Shown: positions 9,382 to 18,365, counted from the stretch's first letter. The stretch is DNA of 32,000 nt from Synechococcus elongatus PCC 6301 (GCF_000010065.1 NC_006576.1:1800001-1832000); one strand, 5' to 3'. Numbers and translations are program-made. The notes: generated by a model not told the origin, from the sequence alone.

Positions 9382-10302
9382 CTAAGCCTTGATCTTAACG
9401 TCGCCTGGGTCGTGCTGCGATAACCAATTGTTGAGGCTTTGATTGACGAAAGCCGGTCGATCGTCGTGGGGACAATGGCCTGTGGCAGGCATTGGCAACC
9501 AATCCAGTTGGGGATTGAGCTGCTGACAACGCTTCGCCAAACTGAAGGGCACGAGGCGATCGCTCTCCCCCCAGATCAACAAAATCGGCTGACTCAACTG
9601 CGGCAAGACGCGATCGGCCCGCCAGTCGCGGGGAACTTCTGCATTGAAGCGAGTCATCGCCCGCAAGGCTGGGCCTGCCTCCTCCGATCGCGCTGGACGG
9701 GCAATCAGATCGAGTAAATCTGCATCAATGCGATCGCGATCGCTGTAGGCCAACGCCAACCAAGGTTTGAGTCGTTTGGGCGATCGCAACCAGAGCAGCA
9801 AAGGCTCGATCAGCCAGGGTGGGGTCAGTGCCCAGAGCAGTGCTTGCCGGAGGCTCTTGAAGCGATCGTGAGCAGCAGGCGATCGCAGCAGGCTGGTATC
9901 TGGCAGATTCAGCAGAATTAAGCCATGAACTTGCTCGGGAAAGCGATGCGCCGTCACCATCGCCACTACGGAACCGAGAGAATTGCCGATTAAAACAGCG
10001 GCGCTGCCCACAAACTGCTGGCAAAAATCCCGCACCAGCTCCGACCAGAAAGCAGGGCCGTAGTGCAAATAGCCCTTTTCGGAGTCCCCAAAGCCGACCA
10101 GATCGATCGCGTAGACGTCGCGCTCCTCTGCCAGCGCTGGAATGTTGTCACGCCAGTGCCGCCAACCCGCTCCAAAGCCGTGCAGGAAAATCACGGGTAC
10201 CGCGCCCGTTGGCTGGGGCGATCGCCGGAAAGCATAGCGAACCCGTAAGCCCCGCCAGATCCAGTCTTGGCTAGTCGCCACCGTCAGCGATCGCAAACTC
10301 AT
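9382..10302 (-). CDS. Alpha/beta-fold hydrolase
   Basis: 306 aa with an HGFGAG oxyanion region, the nucleophile elbow GNSLGS and a C-terminal catalytic His context (ATGHCPHDD). The stop lies 1 nt before the end of the ilvH ORF in the track. Confidence 0.85.
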   Translation of the reverse strand: MSLRSLTVATSQDWIWRGLRVRYAFRRSPQPTGAVPVIFLHGFGAGWRHWRDNIPALAEERDVYAIDLVGFGDSEKGYLHYGPAFWSELVRDFCQQFVGSAAVLIGNSLGSVVAMVTAHRFPEQVHGLILLNLPDTSLLRSPAAHDRFKSLRQALLWALTPPWLIEPLLLWLRSPKRLKPWLALAYSDRDRIDADLLDLIARPARSEEAGPALRAMTRFNAEVPRDWRADRVLPQLSQPILLIWGESDRLVPFSLAKRCQQLNPQLDWLPMPATGHCPHDDRPAFVNQSLNNWLSQHDPGDVKIKA

Positions 10303-10907
10303 CTCGATCCTTCCAATGACTCAGGGATCGACGGAGGTGCAGGCAGCGTCACATCTTCATAGAGATCGCTCAGCCGCACTTCCAGGCCAATACTCCGCAG
10401 AGGCAAAACTTCAGCGTTCGGTAAATAGAACTGCAACGTCCAGACTCCCTCGAGGCTCCGCCGGAAGCAGTCCACCCGCTGGCGGCTGGTGCTAATCAGA
10501 ACATATTCCTCTAGCGTTTCAAGCGTTTGATAATCAGCAAATTTATCGCCGCGATCGAAGGCTTCGGTACTAGGCGACAGCACTTCGACAATCAATTTCG
10601 GAAAACGTTTGTAGTTGACTGTCTCTTGATCGCGAGGATCACAGGTCACCAACAGATCGGGGTAGTAGATGCAGTTAGCCTGCTGTAACCAAACTTGCAT
10701 GGCTGAGCAGTAGACCCGATCGCTGCTACCGCAAACATGACTCCGAATCAAGGCGACCCAATTGCCGACAATTGTGTTGTGAACGTCGGTGATATCGGCC
10801 ATCGCGTAGACTTCACCAGCCCGATATTCGTGCTTGATCTCACTCGCTGCTTCGAACTGGAGATATTCAGCGACTGACAAAGGATGCGCCTGCGGAACAG
10901 CCACCAT
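10299..10907 (-). CDS. Uma2-family (DUF820) putative endonuclease
   Basis: 202 aa with a PD-(D/E)xK-like core typical of the family (YYPDLLV ... KLIVEVLSPSTEAFDRGDKFADY). Its stop overlaps the downstream hydrolase start by 4 nt (ATGA). Confidence 0.85.
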   Translation of the reverse strand: MVAVPQAHPLSVAEYLQFEAASEIKHEYRAGEVYAMADITDVHNTIVGNWVALIRSHVCGSSDRVYCSAMQVWLQQANCIYYPDLLVTCDPRDQETVNYKRFPKLIVEVLSPSTEAFDRGDKFADYQTLETLEEYVLISTSRQRVDCFRRSLEGVWTLQFYLPNAEVLPLRSIGLEVRLSDLYEDVTLPAPPSIPESLEGSR

Positions 10908-11072
10908 GGTTGGGGTCTCCTGCTTGGCCTGATCTTGGCATAGGCAAAACGTGATCGCGGTCCGTTCTCTTTGTCGAGATTCAGACTGGACGTTTGTAAA
11001 TCCTTCCTAAGGCTGCTGCCACAAATCAAAACGGCTGTTGATGACGTGGGCAATCCGTTGCGATCGCCCGCT

Positions 11073-14000
11073 ATGCTACCCCTTCCGTTGGATCTTCGCG
11101 TTGATCCAGATGATCCTCGGGTTCTGGAGGGTTTAGACGCGCTGCTCCAGCTCCAATTAATTGATCATGACCAGGTTTTACAGGTGGCGCGGCGCTACCT
11201 CAGCAGTCCTCTGCCAGTTCCCAAGGTTGCCCCAGTCGCTGCGATTACCCCTGCTTCGGTGCGGCAGCCGGTTCCCCAAGCTCGCTCACGCCCCAAGCAA
11301 CCTTCACGCTGGCAACGGGTTTGGGCTAGCTTTGCTGATGAGCTCAGCGTGCGCTGGCTCCTTTTCCTTGGCGTTTTTCTCGTTGTGCTCTCGTCTGGGG
11401 TTTTAGTCGCAACCCAGTGGACTTACTTTCCCGCGATCGCCCAATACCTAGTGCTGTGGAGCTACACCCTGCTGTTTTGGGGTTGCAGTCGCTGGGCGGC
11501 ACGACAGTCGAATCTGACGCTGACAGCCACCAGTCTCGAAGCCGTTGCGCTGTTGCTCTTGCCCTTCAACTTCTGGGCGATCGATGGCTTGGTCATTCGT
11601 AGTGAAGGCCCAGGGCTTGCCCTGCTTTCCAGTGCACTCGCCATTCTCGCTGCTGGGATTCTGCTAGCGATCGCCCATCGCACCTATCGCCAAAGTGATT
11701 ATGCACCCCCATTGTTTTGGAGTTTGATCGGTCTGCTGCTCTGTCAACTGGGTTGGCAAACGGTCTGGCCCGCACAGTGGGCGGTTTATGGCGCTGTGCT
11801 GCTCTGTCTCGGCTTACTACCTAACTGGGCTGGAAAGAGTAGTGAGGGATTACCTCGGTCAGGGCAAGTCTGGAGTCTATTTGCCCTCGGCGTGATTCTT
11901 TTGAGGGCGATCGCAGCGGAATCGGTGCCGATTTCTAGCTTGGGCATTGCGATCGCTCTGCTGGGCTGGTTGCTCTGGAGCGAACCCCGGCGAGCAGGAT
12001 TGGGCAAAGACAGCTTGGAGCGGCTGGGGGCAGGACTGATTCTGCTGGCTTGGTGGGTCACTATCGGCTGGGATGCTTGGCAGGCTTTGGGTGTCACGGC
12101 GATCGCGGAAATCTGTCTGGTTCAACGCCTGAAATTAACTCGTCGTAGTTGGACACTCATTGTGCTGTTTGGCATCGGACTACTGGGCTGCTTGCTGCTC
12201 GAACCCGTCATTCCTGAGACTTGGCGACAGGGATTTGTTCTGATGGTGGCGCAAGATCCCGAAATTCCCCTCACGGTCTACAGCCTGACGCTACTGCCCT
12301 ACGTCTTGATCTGGCTGGGAGTTGCGCTGAGCTTGGGGTGGCGTTGGCAACAGTCCCGCCTTTCCCGAGTTGCTGAACAACTGGCTTTTGGGCTGGGTGT
12401 AGTGCTGGCGTTGCTCAGTCTGTTTGACCCTTGGCTGCGATCGCTGGTTTGGACGACGGACGCCCTACTACTGGCCGGATTCACCTACGGCAGTCGGCCG
12501 CAATGGCGACCGCGCCTGCTGACCTTGACCTATTGGACGGGATTGATTGCGATCGTCTTTTGGGTCAGCACACTCACTAATTGGTCGACCCTCTTGCCTT
12601 GGGGCGTCTTCACCGGAGCGATCGCCCTGAGCCAGCTGGGGCTGATGGCTTGGCGGCCCCGCTCTGCTCATCATCAGCACTGGTGGCGGCAATTTCAAGC
12701 CGGGGCGCTGCTGCTGTCTGTCAGTAGTGCCCTGCTGTTAGGCCTCAACTTTGAGACGCCTCTGGCGATCGTCCTGCTTTGGTTCCTCTTGCCGTTGGGC
12801 TGGACGGGACTGGCTGCACGCTTCCCGAAACCGCGATCGCGACGACGACGGCTGGCGTTGACTAGCAGTCTCTTGCTGGGCTTGGGCTGTCTGCTGGCAG
12901 CGGTCATCACACTGGAGTCAAGCAACCCCTTACGGGTGCTCCAGCTGGCATTCTTGCTGGCCAGCCTAATTCAGGTCGCCAATGTCAGGTTTTTCCCTGT
13001 TCTGCCGCAGGCGGTCTATCACGGGGGGTTACTGCTCTGCCTAGAAGGGCTAATCCTGCTGCGCTGGCCGATCGCCCAGCACTGGTGGACAGTCGGAGCA
13101 TTCACCGTTGGGGTGCTCTGGCTCCTGCGAACTCAAGTTCAGCGTCTCCGTAATCTTTTGGGGCGCATCTACAGTCGCGCGGCGGCTGGCTGGGGATTGG
13201 CGATCGCGATTGCCCTACTGGTCAGCTACCTCCCGCTTTATGTTCTGGGGCGATTCAGTCTGGTGGCGACTGCAACCTCTGCAGCGGCAAGTACGGCTTT
13301 TTGGATTTTGAGTGCAGTCACGATCGCTCGCTACTGGCGACGACCGACGTCCGTGGGTGTGGTTCTCTGGGCAGTCACGACGCAATGGGCGATTGCCGCT
13401 ACGGCGCAGTCCTTGGTCAGCTCTGGCTCTGAGGTTGCTTGGTCCCTCGCAATCGCCAACCTACTGCTGGCGGGGGTCAGTGTTGGATCGATCCCGTTCC
13501 TGCCCCCTCGCTTCAGCCGCATAAGTCTGGTGCGTTGGTTGCCCCTGCTGGCCGTTGGCCTCGGATTAGTCTGGCGACTTGGGCTCTTTAATGCCTACAG
13601 CGGTGCCACTGAATTACTGGCGGCAACAGTGATCTTCACTCAGCATCGTCAAGAAATCCAACGGCAGGCCCGTCATTGGAGCTCGAGGCTGCTGCGGCTA
13701 CTGGGTTTTGTGCTGATTTCCTGCGGACTCTACGAGCTTCTGATCTATGCCCTGTTGCAAAGCCAAGGCGGAAATCCAATCGATGGTCTGCTCCTGCTCT
13801 CGCTCTTGGGCATTGCGATCGCGATTGTTTATCGCAGCCTTGTTGCTTGGCGATCGCGATCGGCACCTAGCTTCTACGCCATCCCGCTCCCAAACTGGCG
13901 GCTAGCGGCCCACTTGCATTGGGGGCTGGCGAGCTTCATCCAACTGTTGACGCTGCCTGTCTTTCTGTTTTCGCAACCGGTAGGGTCAACGCTGAATCTG

Positions 14001-14738
14001 GCCGTTTGTCTCCTGTTGGCCAGTTATGCCTGGTTGCAAGCTCGGTTCTCTCCTGAGCGATCGCCCAGTCACTGGAGTCAGCTCTGGGTCTACGTTGGTT
14101 GCCTAGAAGCGATCGGCAGTGCTGTGCAACTCCGTTTGCTCTGGCCTGAGCTGGCAGTGCTAGATCCCATTCGCGTTTTGCTGATCGCGCTGCTGAGCCT
14201 AGCGATGTTGCAGTTCCCTTGGGCGCGCTTTGGCTGGCAGGCGGCTCCTTGGCATCGGGTTGCTGTTTGCCTGCCGATTGTGGCTTTGCTGGCCGATGCT
14301 CTCAACAGTACCTATCTGGGTTTGATTGCTGTTGGTCTGTTTTATGTTCGAGTGGCATTCCTCTACGATGCGATCCGCTGGACTTACATCAGCTTGTTGG
14401 TCGTCAATTGGATTTTCGGGAAGCTCTCATCGGATTTGGTGACCAATGAGCCCCTGATTCCAGCGATGCATCTTGGCTTGTCCATCCTCTACATCGCGCA
14501 AGTAGATCCGGCTCTGGTGAAACCTCAGGCGCGATCGCTCCGCCATTTCATTCGCATCCTCGGTAGCGGTCTAATCTGTCTGACCGCGTTGCTGTTCTAC
14601 CGTGAGACTGGTTTCACGCCGATTCTGGTCAGCCTCCTGACGGTGCTGTTGGGGTTGGGGTTGCAAATTCGCGCCCTCCTCTACGTCGGCACCAGCACAT
14701 TTGTGTTGACTGGGGCCTATCACCTAACCTGTGGATGA
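11073..14738 (+). CDS. Very large polytopic membrane protein of unknown function (about 1221 aa from the ATG, roughly 30 hydrophobic helices)
   Basis: Long uninterrupted ORF. It has a soluble N-terminal region of about 90 aa (LDLRVDPDDPRVLEGLDALLQLQLIDHDQVLQVARRYL, then a Pro/Arg-rich linker), followed by near-continuous W/L/A-rich TM segments. The track starts at TTG 10971; I prefer ATG 11073. Any resemblance to a DUF2157-type architecture is a recollection, not a search result. Confidence 0.8.
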   Translation: MLPLPLDLRVDPDDPRVLEGLDALLQLQLIDHDQVLQVARRYLSSPLPVPKVAPVAAITPASVRQPVPQARSRPKQPSRWQRVWASFADELSVRWLLFLGVFLVVLSSGVLVATQWTYFPAIAQYLVLWSYTLLFWGCSRWAARQSNLTLTATSLEAVALLLLPFNFWAIDGLVIRSEGPGLALLSSALAILAAGILLAIAHRTYRQSDYAPPLFWSLIGLLLCQLGWQTVWPAQWAVYGAVLLCLGLLPNWAGKSSEGLPRSGQVWSLFALGVILLRAIAAESVPISSLGIAIALLGWLLWSEPRRAGLGKDSLERLGAGLILLAWWVTIGWDAWQALGVTAIAEICLVQRLKLTRRSWTLIVLFGIGLLGCLLLEPVIPETWRQGFVLMVAQDPEIPLTVYSLTLLPYVLIWLGVALSLGWRWQQSRLSRVAEQLAFGLGVVLALLSLFDPWLRSLVWTTDALLLAGFTYGSRPQWRPRLLTLTYWTGLIAIVFWVSTLTNWSTLLPWGVFTGAIALSQLGLMAWRPRSAHHQHWWRQFQAGALLLSVSSALLLGLNFETPLAIVLLWFLLPLGWTGLAARFPKPRSRRRRLALTSSLLLGLGCLLAAVITLESSNPLRVLQLAFLLASLIQVANVRFFPVLPQAVYHGGLLLCLEGLILLRWPIAQHWWTVGAFTVGVLWLLRTQVQRLRNLLGRIYSRAAAGWGLAIAIALLVSYLPLYVLGRFSLVATATSAAASTAFWILSAVTIARYWRRPTSVGVVLWAVTTQWAIAATAQSLVSSGSEVAWSLAIANLLLAGVSVGSIPFLPPRFSRISLVRWLPLLAVGLGLVWRLGLFNAYSGATELLAATVIFTQHRQEIQRQARHWSSRLLRLLGFVLISCGLYELLIYALLQSQGGNPIDGLLLLSLLGIAIAIVYRSLVAWRSRSAPSFYAIPLPNWRLAAHLHWGLASFIQLLTLPVFLFSQPVGSTLNLAVCLLLASYAWLQARFSPERSPSHWSQLWVYVGCLEAIGSAVQLRLLWPELAVLDPIRVLLIALLSLAMLQFPWARFGWQAAPWHRVAVCLPIVALLADALNSTYLGLIAVGLFYVRVAFLYDAIRWTYISLLVVNWIFGKLSSDLVTNEPLIPAMHLGLSILYIAQVDPALVKPQARSLRHFIRILGSGLICLTALLFYRETGFTPILVSLLTVLLGLGLQIRALLYVGTSTFVLTGAYHLTCG

Positions 14739-14881
14739 CGAGTGATGCCTTTGCCAAATGGGTGGCGGGGTTAGTGATTGGCATTGTCCTGATTAGTCTG
14801 GCCGCCAACTTCGAGCGACATCGCTTGCAAATCACCAAAACCACACAATCTCTGAAAGAGCGGCTTACCTCTTGGGAATAG
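14735..14881 (+). CDS. 48-aa single-helix micro-ORF overlapping the stop of the upstream gene (ATGA); alternatively the displaced C-terminus of that gene
   Basis: MTSDAFAKWVAGLVIGIVLISLAANFERHRLQITKTTQSLKERLTSWE. The ATG at 14735 overlaps the TGA at 14736-14738. It is below the track length cutoff. Confidence 0.4.
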   Translation: MTSDAFAKWVAGLVIGIVLISLAANFERHRLQITKTTQSLKERLTSWE

Positions 14882-14914
14882 CAGGTCGCGATCGCCCCAT
14901 GCTTTGATCCAGAG

Positions 14915-16060
14915 ATGGACACAGCAGCAGATTGGCAGCAAGAGGGTGCTGCACGATTTCAGCAGAAAACTGCTTTTTTTCGCCCTCAAGCCCGTCCAGC
15001 GCGGGATTTGGGTGTTTTGGCGGCTGCGATCGAGCGGCGGCGTCTGGGATCGCTCAACTTATTGGAAACGATGGCAGGCTGTGGGGTGCGGAGCCTGCGC
15101 TATGCCCTGGAAGCCAAAGTCGATCGCCTAGTGGTCAGTGATGCCGACCCAGAGTTGCAACCATTGCTCCAGCAGAATCTGGCCCCGATCGCGAGCGATC
15201 GCATCGATCTGCGCTGTGATTCCGCTCGTCGTCTCTTTGCCGAAGCCTTTGCCCAGCAGCAGTTCTATGACTTTGTTGATGTCGATGCCTTCGGAACCGC
15301 CAGCGAGCATCTAGCCAGTGCATGGGATGCGGTCAAAGTCGGTGGCTGTCTTTATTTCACGGCCACTGATGGGCGATCGCTCAGCGGCCACGATTGCGAT
15401 TTGGCCTTTCGTGCCTACGGCGTTTGGGCGCGTAGCCACCCCAGCATTCCTGAGCAAGGACTGCGCCTCCTGATTGCGGCGCTACAGCAGCAAGCTTGGC
15501 AGCGGGGCTTTGGGATTCAACCACTGTTTTCCTATTTTTCTGGACAAGCCTTTCGCCTATTGATTCGTCTTCTGCCCAGCACCGGCAAAGTTAATCAACA
15601 AGGCTGGCTCGGCTATTGCCACTATTGCGGCCAATACCAAGTACGTCCTTGGCGACAACTCAGCCCGGCTGCTCTGCAATGCCCAGAGGACGGACAGCCT
15701 CTCGCTCTGACAGGCCCGCTTTGGATTGGCCCCGTGCATAACGTGACCTATCTACAATCCCTGCAGCAGCAAGCGATCGCCTGGAATTGGACAGCGATCG
15801 CGGACTTATTAGCGCAATTCCAAGCCGAAGCAACCCTGCCGCCCTACTGCTACACCCTCGGGGAAATCGGGCGGCGTGGCCGACAGGATCCTCCTGCGCG
15901 ATCGCGGCTGATTCAATCGCTGCAAACAGCAGGCTTTGCGGCAGCCGGTAGTCACACCCAACCCCAAGCCTTTAAGACCGATGCCCCATGGGCGACCTGT
16001 CTAGCGCTGTCTCGATCGCTCGTAATCGGCGATGCAAACAGCGGTGAATCTGCGTGCTAG
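14915..16060 (+). CDS. Trm1-family (TRM, N2,N2-dimethylguanosine tRNA methyltransferase-like) protein
   Basis: 381 aa. N-terminal FFRPQARPARDLGVL matches the FYNP..RD motif of Trm1. A SAM-binding region follows (LETMAGCGVRSLRYALEA, DFVDVDAFGT, LYFTATD), then a C-terminal Cys cluster CHYCGQY...QCPEDG. Confidence 0.78.
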   Translation: MDTAADWQQEGAARFQQKTAFFRPQARPARDLGVLAAAIERRRLGSLNLLETMAGCGVRSLRYALEAKVDRLVVSDADPELQPLLQQNLAPIASDRIDLRCDSARRLFAEAFAQQQFYDFVDVDAFGTASEHLASAWDAVKVGGCLYFTATDGRSLSGHDCDLAFRAYGVWARSHPSIPEQGLRLLIAALQQQAWQRGFGIQPLFSYFSGQAFRLLIRLLPSTGKVNQQGWLGYCHYCGQYQVRPWRQLSPAALQCPEDGQPLALTGPLWIGPVHNVTYLQSLQQQAIAWNWTAIADLLAQFQAEATLPPYCYTLGEIGRRGRQDPPARSRLIQSLQTAGFAAAGSHTQPQAFKTDAPWATCLALSRSLVIGDANSGESAC

Positions 16061-16098
16061 GTTGATCGTCAAATGATTCCCATCCCCCTGCCTCGCTC

Positions 16099-16749
16099 GT
16101 GAATATTCTGACGCTGTTCCAAAAAGGCGGCCTTGCGATGCTGCCGCTGACTGGCCTGTCGATCTTGGCATTGGGTACCATCTTTGAGCGGGCTTGGTTC
16201 TGGTACGCCCTCCTCAAGCAAGAGAGCCAGATCGTCCATCGGGTCTTGGATGCTGCTGACCAAGATTGGGACTTAGCGGCAGAAGTTGCCAGTCGGGCTA
16301 AGAATTCACCGATCGGGCGTTTCCTCGCGGCTCCGTTGCAGTTACAGCAGCCCGATCCAGAGCTCTTCCGGCTTGCCCTAGAGGCCTCCGCTGAAGAAGA
16401 ACTTGCCAACATGCGGCGTGGCGACAAGCTGCTAGAGGCAGTGATCGCAATTTCGCCGCTCTTGGGACTGTTGGGAACCGTCTTGGGTCTGATTCAAACC
16501 CTCGGCAACCTGCGGATTGGTGATTTGGGCAGTTCCTCGACTGCTGGCGTGAGCGCTGGGATCGGAGAAGCCTTGATCACTACAGCCACTGGCTTGATCG
16601 TGGCGATCGTCGCTTTGGCCGCCTATCGAGTCTTCCAAGGACTCATTGTTCAGCAAATGAAAGTCTTCCGGCGGGCGGGCAATCAACTCGAACTGATGTA
16701 TCGCCAAGCTTGGGCACGGCGTGGCCTCCCCAGCCAGCCGCTCCGCTAG
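16099..16749 (+). CDS. exbB: MotA/TolQ/ExbB-family proton channel
   Basis: 216 aa with a GTG start and three TM segments. Family signature [21 protein letters not shown] and [19 protein letters not shown]. Confidence 0.88.
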   Translation: MNILTLFQKGGLAMLPLTGLSILALGTIFERAWFWYALLKQESQIVHRVLDAADQDWDLAAEVASRAKNSPIGRFLAAPLQLQQPDPELFRLALEASAEEELANMRRGDKLLEAVIAISPLLGLLGTVLGLIQTLGNLRIGDLGSSSTAGVSAGIGEALITTATGLIVAIVALAAYRVFQGLIVQQMKVFRRAGNQLELMYRQAWARRGLPSQPLR

Positions 16750-16782
16750 TCAGTGACCGGTCATTCTTCACGAGTCAGACGG

Positions 16783-17229
16783 ATGAAAATTCCTGCCGAA
16801 AATGCCGAGTCAGAAGCTCGGATTGAGATGTTGCCACTGATCGACGTGGTCTTCTGCATCCTGATCTTCTTCATCTTGGCGACCCTACAACTGACCCGAC
16901 AATCTGCTCTCGACATCACCCTGCCCCAGTCCAGCACCAGTCGACTGCAGGAACGACAGACCCTCCTGATCAGCTTGGATGCCGCTGGGCAACCCTACGT
17001 CGATTCCCAGCCTGTGACGCCGGAGCAACTGCGGCTGGTGCTTGTTGGCTTCAACCGCACCAATCCCAATGGTTCGATGCTGCTTTACGCCGATGGCAGT
17101 GCTGCCTATCGTGACATCGTGACTGTCTTGGATGCGATGCGGGCTGTCGGAGGCGATCGCGTTGCCCTTGCAACGGAACCGGCCGATTTGCAGCGATCGC
17201 CCCAACTGGTTCCTACTCCTCTCCCGTAG
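16783..17229 (+). CDS. exbD: ExbD/TolR-family biopolymer transport protein
   Basis: Motif MLPLIDVVFCILIFFIL in a single N-terminal TM, followed by a periplasmic domain. I prefer ATG 16783 to the GTG 16753 of the track. Confidence 0.87.
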   Translation: MKIPAENAESEARIEMLPLIDVVFCILIFFILATLQLTRQSALDITLPQSSTSRLQERQTLLISLDAAGQPYVDSQPVTPEQLRLVLVGFNRTNPNGSMLLYADGSAAYRDIVTVLDAMRAVGGDRVALATEPADLQRSPQLVPTPLP

Positions 17230-18055
17230 CGATCGCATTCTCGGGATCACTGCACCAGTCACTCCAGCTACCGGCATAGAGTTGAGCAGGCGATCGCCCG
17301 GCCAGTTCCCAAGAGAGCAGGTTGACGCAGGCGGTGACGCCGGAGCCACAGTAGATGATCGGTTGCACAGCAGTGGAGAGATGCTGCCAGCGCTGCTGTT
17401 GCTCACTGGGCAATCGCCAGTAACCCTTCTCATCCAGCGCCTCTTTCCAAACGGCGAGCTGCGCCCCGGGAATGTGACCCGCCACGGGATCAATCGGCTC
17501 CCGGTCACCTCGGTAGCGGTCGGCTTCGCGAGAATCAATCAGAACCTGTCCCCTCGCTTGAGCGACTTTTAGACCTACCGCATCAACGACCCAGCCAGTC
17601 TGAGGATGCGGCTGGAATTTTGCTGGGGCGATCGCTGGAATATCGGTTACTAGTTCACCCCCGATCGCTTGCCAAGCCGCCAATCCGCCATCTAAAACCG
17701 CGACACGCTCATGACCGAGGTAGCGCAGTAGCCACCAAAGCCGGCTGGCAAAGGCTGAGAAGCTGGCATCGTAGGCGACAACTAAGGTTGCTGGATCCGA
17801 GCTGATGCCGATCGCCCCTAAGCGTGCTGCCAAAGCCTCAATGTCTGGCAGAGGATGACGACCGCCGCGATCGCCCTTGGGAGCGGAGAGATCTTGCTCC
17901 AAATCTAGATAGACTGCGCCGGGTAGATGACCTTGCTGGTACTGGTCACGACCCTGCTGAGGCTGCATCAGGTCGAAGCGGCAGTCGACAAGACAGAGAT
18001 CGTTATCGTGGAGATGCGCTTGCAGCCATTCAGCGGAGACCAAGGGCGAAGACAT
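17213..18055 (-). CDS. sseA: 3-mercaptopyruvate/thiosulfate sulfurtransferase (tandem rhodanese domains)
   Basis: 280 aa with two rhodanese domains. The active-site loop CGSGVTAC matches the CG[ST]GVT signature of the MST subgroup. The 3' end overlaps exbD by 17 nt in convergent orientation. Confidence 0.85.
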   Translation of the reverse strand: MSSPLVSAEWLQAHLHDNDLCLVDCRFDLMQPQQGRDQYQQGHLPGAVYLDLEQDLSAPKGDRGGRHPLPDIEALAARLGAIGISSDPATLVVAYDASFSAFASRLWWLLRYLGHERVAVLDGGLAAWQAIGGELVTDIPAIAPAKFQPHPQTGWVVDAVGLKVAQARGQVLIDSREADRYRGDREPIDPVAGHIPGAQLAVWKEALDEKGYWRLPSEQQQRWQHLSTAVQPIIYCGSGVTACVNLLSWELAGRSPAQLYAGSWSDWCSDPENAIATGEE

Positions 18056-18133
18056 GGGCGGTGAGGGCAGAAATCTGGCATAGAATACCCAGAGATTGAT
18101 TGCGCAGCGTCACTAAAAGGAGCAGGGGTCCAC

Positions 18134-18247
18134 ATGGCCGGAGAAATCTTTGGAACCGCGTTTCTCTTCATCGTGTTGGTGCCCGTAGGCTTGGCACTGG
18201 GAGCCTTCCTGCTGAAAGTGCAAGGCGTTCAAAAAGCCGAAAAATAA
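18134..18247 (+). CDS. petM: Cytochrome b6-f complex subunit 7 (PetM), 37 aa
   Basis: MAGEIFGTAFLFIVLVPVGLALGAFLLKVQGVQKAEK is a single TM helix with the PetM-like ...LLK.QG... C-terminus. An AAGGAG Shine-Dalgarno lies about 10 nt upstream and a terminator hairpin lies downstream. It is not in the ORF track because it is under 60 aa. Confidence 0.8.
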   Translation: MAGEIFGTAFLFIVLVPVGLALGAFLLKVQGVQKAEK

Positions 18248-18273
18248 GTCCCAGCGCTCCTAAGCTGAGGCCG

Positions 18274-18300
18274 GCCCCTCCTAATCAGAGGGGCTTTCTG
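18274..18300 (+). terminator. Putative intrinsic terminator after petM
   Basis: GCCCCTC (18274-18280) pairs with GAGGGGC (18288-18294) across a 7-nt loop. The hairpin is followed by TTTCTGCTGTGT. Confidence 0.5.
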
Positions 18301-18365
18301 CTGTGTGGGTGCGATCGCAATTCTGATAACATCTTAAGAACTGTTAACAATCTTGCCCTGATCCC

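Noticed and set aside
10993-11000. Perfect HLR1 half-site (TTTACAAA on the minus strand) in the Uma2 / giant-protein divergent region
   Set aside because: Only one half-site is present. Neither flanking 8-mer at the required 2-nt spacing resembles the second repeat, so it is not a credible RpaB site.
10971-11072. TTG-initiated N-terminal extension (34 aa) of the giant membrane protein as given in the ORF track
   Set aside because: The extension (MSRFRLDVCKSFLRLLPQIKTAVDDVGNPLRSPA) starts only 64 nt from the divergent Uma2 start and would consume the shared promoter region. An in-frame ATG at 11073 gives a sensible N-terminus. The extension is not excluded, only less likely.
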